This document shows positions 61,801 to 64,000 of a stretch of DNA of 64,000 bases, piece by piece. The stretch is taken from positions 14,260,001 through 14,324,000 of the forward strand of contig NC_134481.1 of the NCBI RefSeq assembly GCF_964194025.1, written 5' to 3'. Numbering within the stretch: position 1 is the first letter of the stretch; every line of letters starts with the position of its first letter. A model generated the notes under the pieces. That model saw only the letters and a list, made by a program, of their open reading frames with translations. It was not told the DNA's origin and did not search any database. Source of the stretch: Convolutriloba macropyga. Its lineage: Eukaryota. The translations under genes and the position numbers were made by a program.

Positions 61801-62669
61801 AGGTTAGCTTGTCTTGTTGCAGTTTATTTAGCGTGTACGTTTTGAGTGGTAGGCTACTAGTGAAATCTTTTAAAACTAAGTACGGTTTGTCAATTTGACG
61901 TAACATCTGGACTCTCGAAAGATTTTGTTTCCCTGTGAGTTGGGTATTAAATAGGGACACGCATGAGACGGTTTTCCACTTAAACCAGTGAACTTGTTCG
62001 CAGGTGATCATAAATTAAGCATGTATCAGTTTTTGGCGTTTGACTGTCCGTCTCTCAACTAAATGCCGAATAAAAATATGCTGCTTAATATGGGGGGGGG
62101 GGGCTTGAAAGAAATGAAGTTAGTTGGTGGTGTTGATTATAAAACCATTTTTATCCAGGCAAAGATTATTTTAAACTGTCGCAGTTTTTCACAAATGCGT
62201 TAAAGTACTTAATGAAAAATTTTCGCAGAAACGTTAGTTTTGGTCACCACGCATGTCAAGATGCTCCTACCCATGCAGGCCTCATTTGAGTCTAGCAGTT
62301 ATGCTTTTCTTATATTTCACCCGACTCTCTGCAAAAATTGTAGGCACTGTTTATAAGCTGTTTCACAATGGTTGCCACATCAGACATTTTTGAGCCGATT
62401 TTGTCCATTTTTGTTCAGCTGTCTATAAAACAGCTGTAATTAGTTTATTAAACCAAACAAAGGGTGACTCTACTATGAGGGGCTCCTCGGTTTTTGGAGA
62501 TAACTGGAATTACAGCTGTTTAATGAAACCCAAAAACAGTTTATTATTTTCACGTGTCAATAATTGGTTATTTCGGTTTCTGAAAAACACCACTGACAAA
62601 ACCCGAACTAAAATTGGATAGTAATTCACATGAATAACGCCCCAAGTAAAAAAAAACCACGGAAATAAT

Positions 62670-64000
62670 CCCCTCCTTCACTGCTTTGACCAAGTCGAGT
62701 TTGCTGAAAATTTTCGAGTCTGGCATTAAGTTCAATCATTGAAAGCCGAGGCCTCGGATAACTAACTCTGACAGTTATGGGGTTTCGAGATCGATGGTTA
62801 CCGCAGGGTCTGCAATCACCAATTTTGTTCTCCAGAACCATATGGAAAGATGAGGAGTAAGGCCGTAGGAGTAAGGACTTTTGTATGGCCGTATTATACC
62901 AAATTATTGCATACCATCAAAGGAATTTCTAGCAAATCTTAATTTTTCTGGATACAACTGTCTTGGTTTAGAGAAAAACTTTATTCCCGGATGTTTCAAT
63001 TTGGTAAACTTTTTTATGTTTTGCTTCGACACATCAAAATTAACGTCACCAAAAACATCAGAACATTTTCCATGATTGCTCTTTTACTATCATTTTTATT
63101 TGAAATGGGCATTTTTGACAACCTGGATTTATAAGTGGCTTTTATTAATTGGTGTTAATTGTCTCCTAGAACGACCTGTTAAGTTGTCGGTTGAGGTGAT
63201 GTTATCACAATTAACTGTTACTTTGAATTTATTCCGGAATTCTAAGCCAAGAATTCTGTCTTTGACATCCGCTATAAAGAATCTGAATGGAAATGTTCTT
63301 CGCCTTGGGGAATGCAAATTGATAATGACATTCTGCCGAAAATTTTAATTGCATCTCCATTTACCGTACTAAGTTTTATTGTAGTGGGAGTAATAAATTT
63401 TGTGTTAATAAAACTTTGTCCCCTAATTTTGCGGCTATGCGTATCCAAAGATTACCCTCAGAGTTTGCCGCACACAAACTAGGGGGTATCAGTTTGGCGG
63501 ATTTGCTGGAGAGATTGGCAGAGAAGTTGGCTCGGTCCTTGGCGTCTTTGTCCTGACCACTGACACCAAGGTTTGCATGATATGACGTTTTCAGCAAAAT
63601 AGTTAATATGGAGCTGCTGTGAAGTCTGTGCGTTCTCGACTGATCTGTTTAACTTAAATAGGGTAGTTAATGGATTGGTCGCTTTTTGTTGAACACTGAT
63701 TGTGCAATGGTCTGGTTGGCATCTGTTGTGTTGGGGCAGCGAATAAATTTGGAGGTTGGCAACTACAGTGTTTGAGTATCTGTAATTTGTATCAGCTAAT
63801 TTGACGAATTGGTCGACAGGAAGTTCTAGTTGGGCTGCGAGTGCCGTATCTACAGAAATTGGCATTGCTTTCATTAACCTGTGCTTTATGACATTGTTAT
63901 CTAACGTCAAGTTGCATTTCTCAAGCTTCCGCCGCATTCTCATCAAACACGAAGGTTTTTGTCCGTTCAGTGAAATCATTCCTAGGGCCTCTTCAATCAT
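62670..64000 (-). mobile_element. Ty3/gypsy LTR retrotransposon fossil (gag, protease, start of RT), runs off window end
   Basis: Gag-like LNGQKPSCLMRMR...FVKLAD and SCKPWCQW; protease-like STVNGDAIKIFG and FPFRFFIADVKDRILGLEF; RT-like SSSFHMVLENKIGDCRPCGNHR and KIFSKLDLVKA (62680-62715). Confidence 0.75.

Noticed and set aside
60840-62420. Possible further gypsy RNase H or integrase remnants (MKGGDGTIADVFL resembles KG.DN.VADALSR)
   Set aside because: Too degenerate, and domain order unclear; needs a profile search.

Overview
AT-rich eukaryotic (invertebrate-animal-like) genomic DNA, not prokaryotic. The first ~24.5 kb is decayed retroelements. These are three Penelope-like element (PLE) pieces, one of which has a PHD finger inside the RT palm and one a hammerhead-like motif; a degenerate tandem coiled-coil ORF array; a full-length BEL/Pao LTR retrotransposon (349-bp LTRs, GAAGT TSD, tRNA-Trp-type PBS) whose 3' 2.9 kb was tandemly duplicated to give a third LTR; and a CR1/L2-type LINE with a PHD ORF1. 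From 25.2 to 54.6 kb lies a 15-coding-exon kinesin-2 gene (KIF3B-like, about 764 aa, assembled by hand with all splice phases consistent). Its large introns are packed with two superfamilies of short non-autonomous elements with Helentron/HINE (DINE-1-like) architecture: subterminal inverted repeats, 5' and 3' hairpins and insertion into T-runs. All copies I could find share one orientation, share a common internal motif, and several carry a tRNA-like Pol III cassette. An intronless AP-1 sigma gene and a Ty3/gypsy fossil end the window. All family assignments come from motif recognition by eye; no searches were run.
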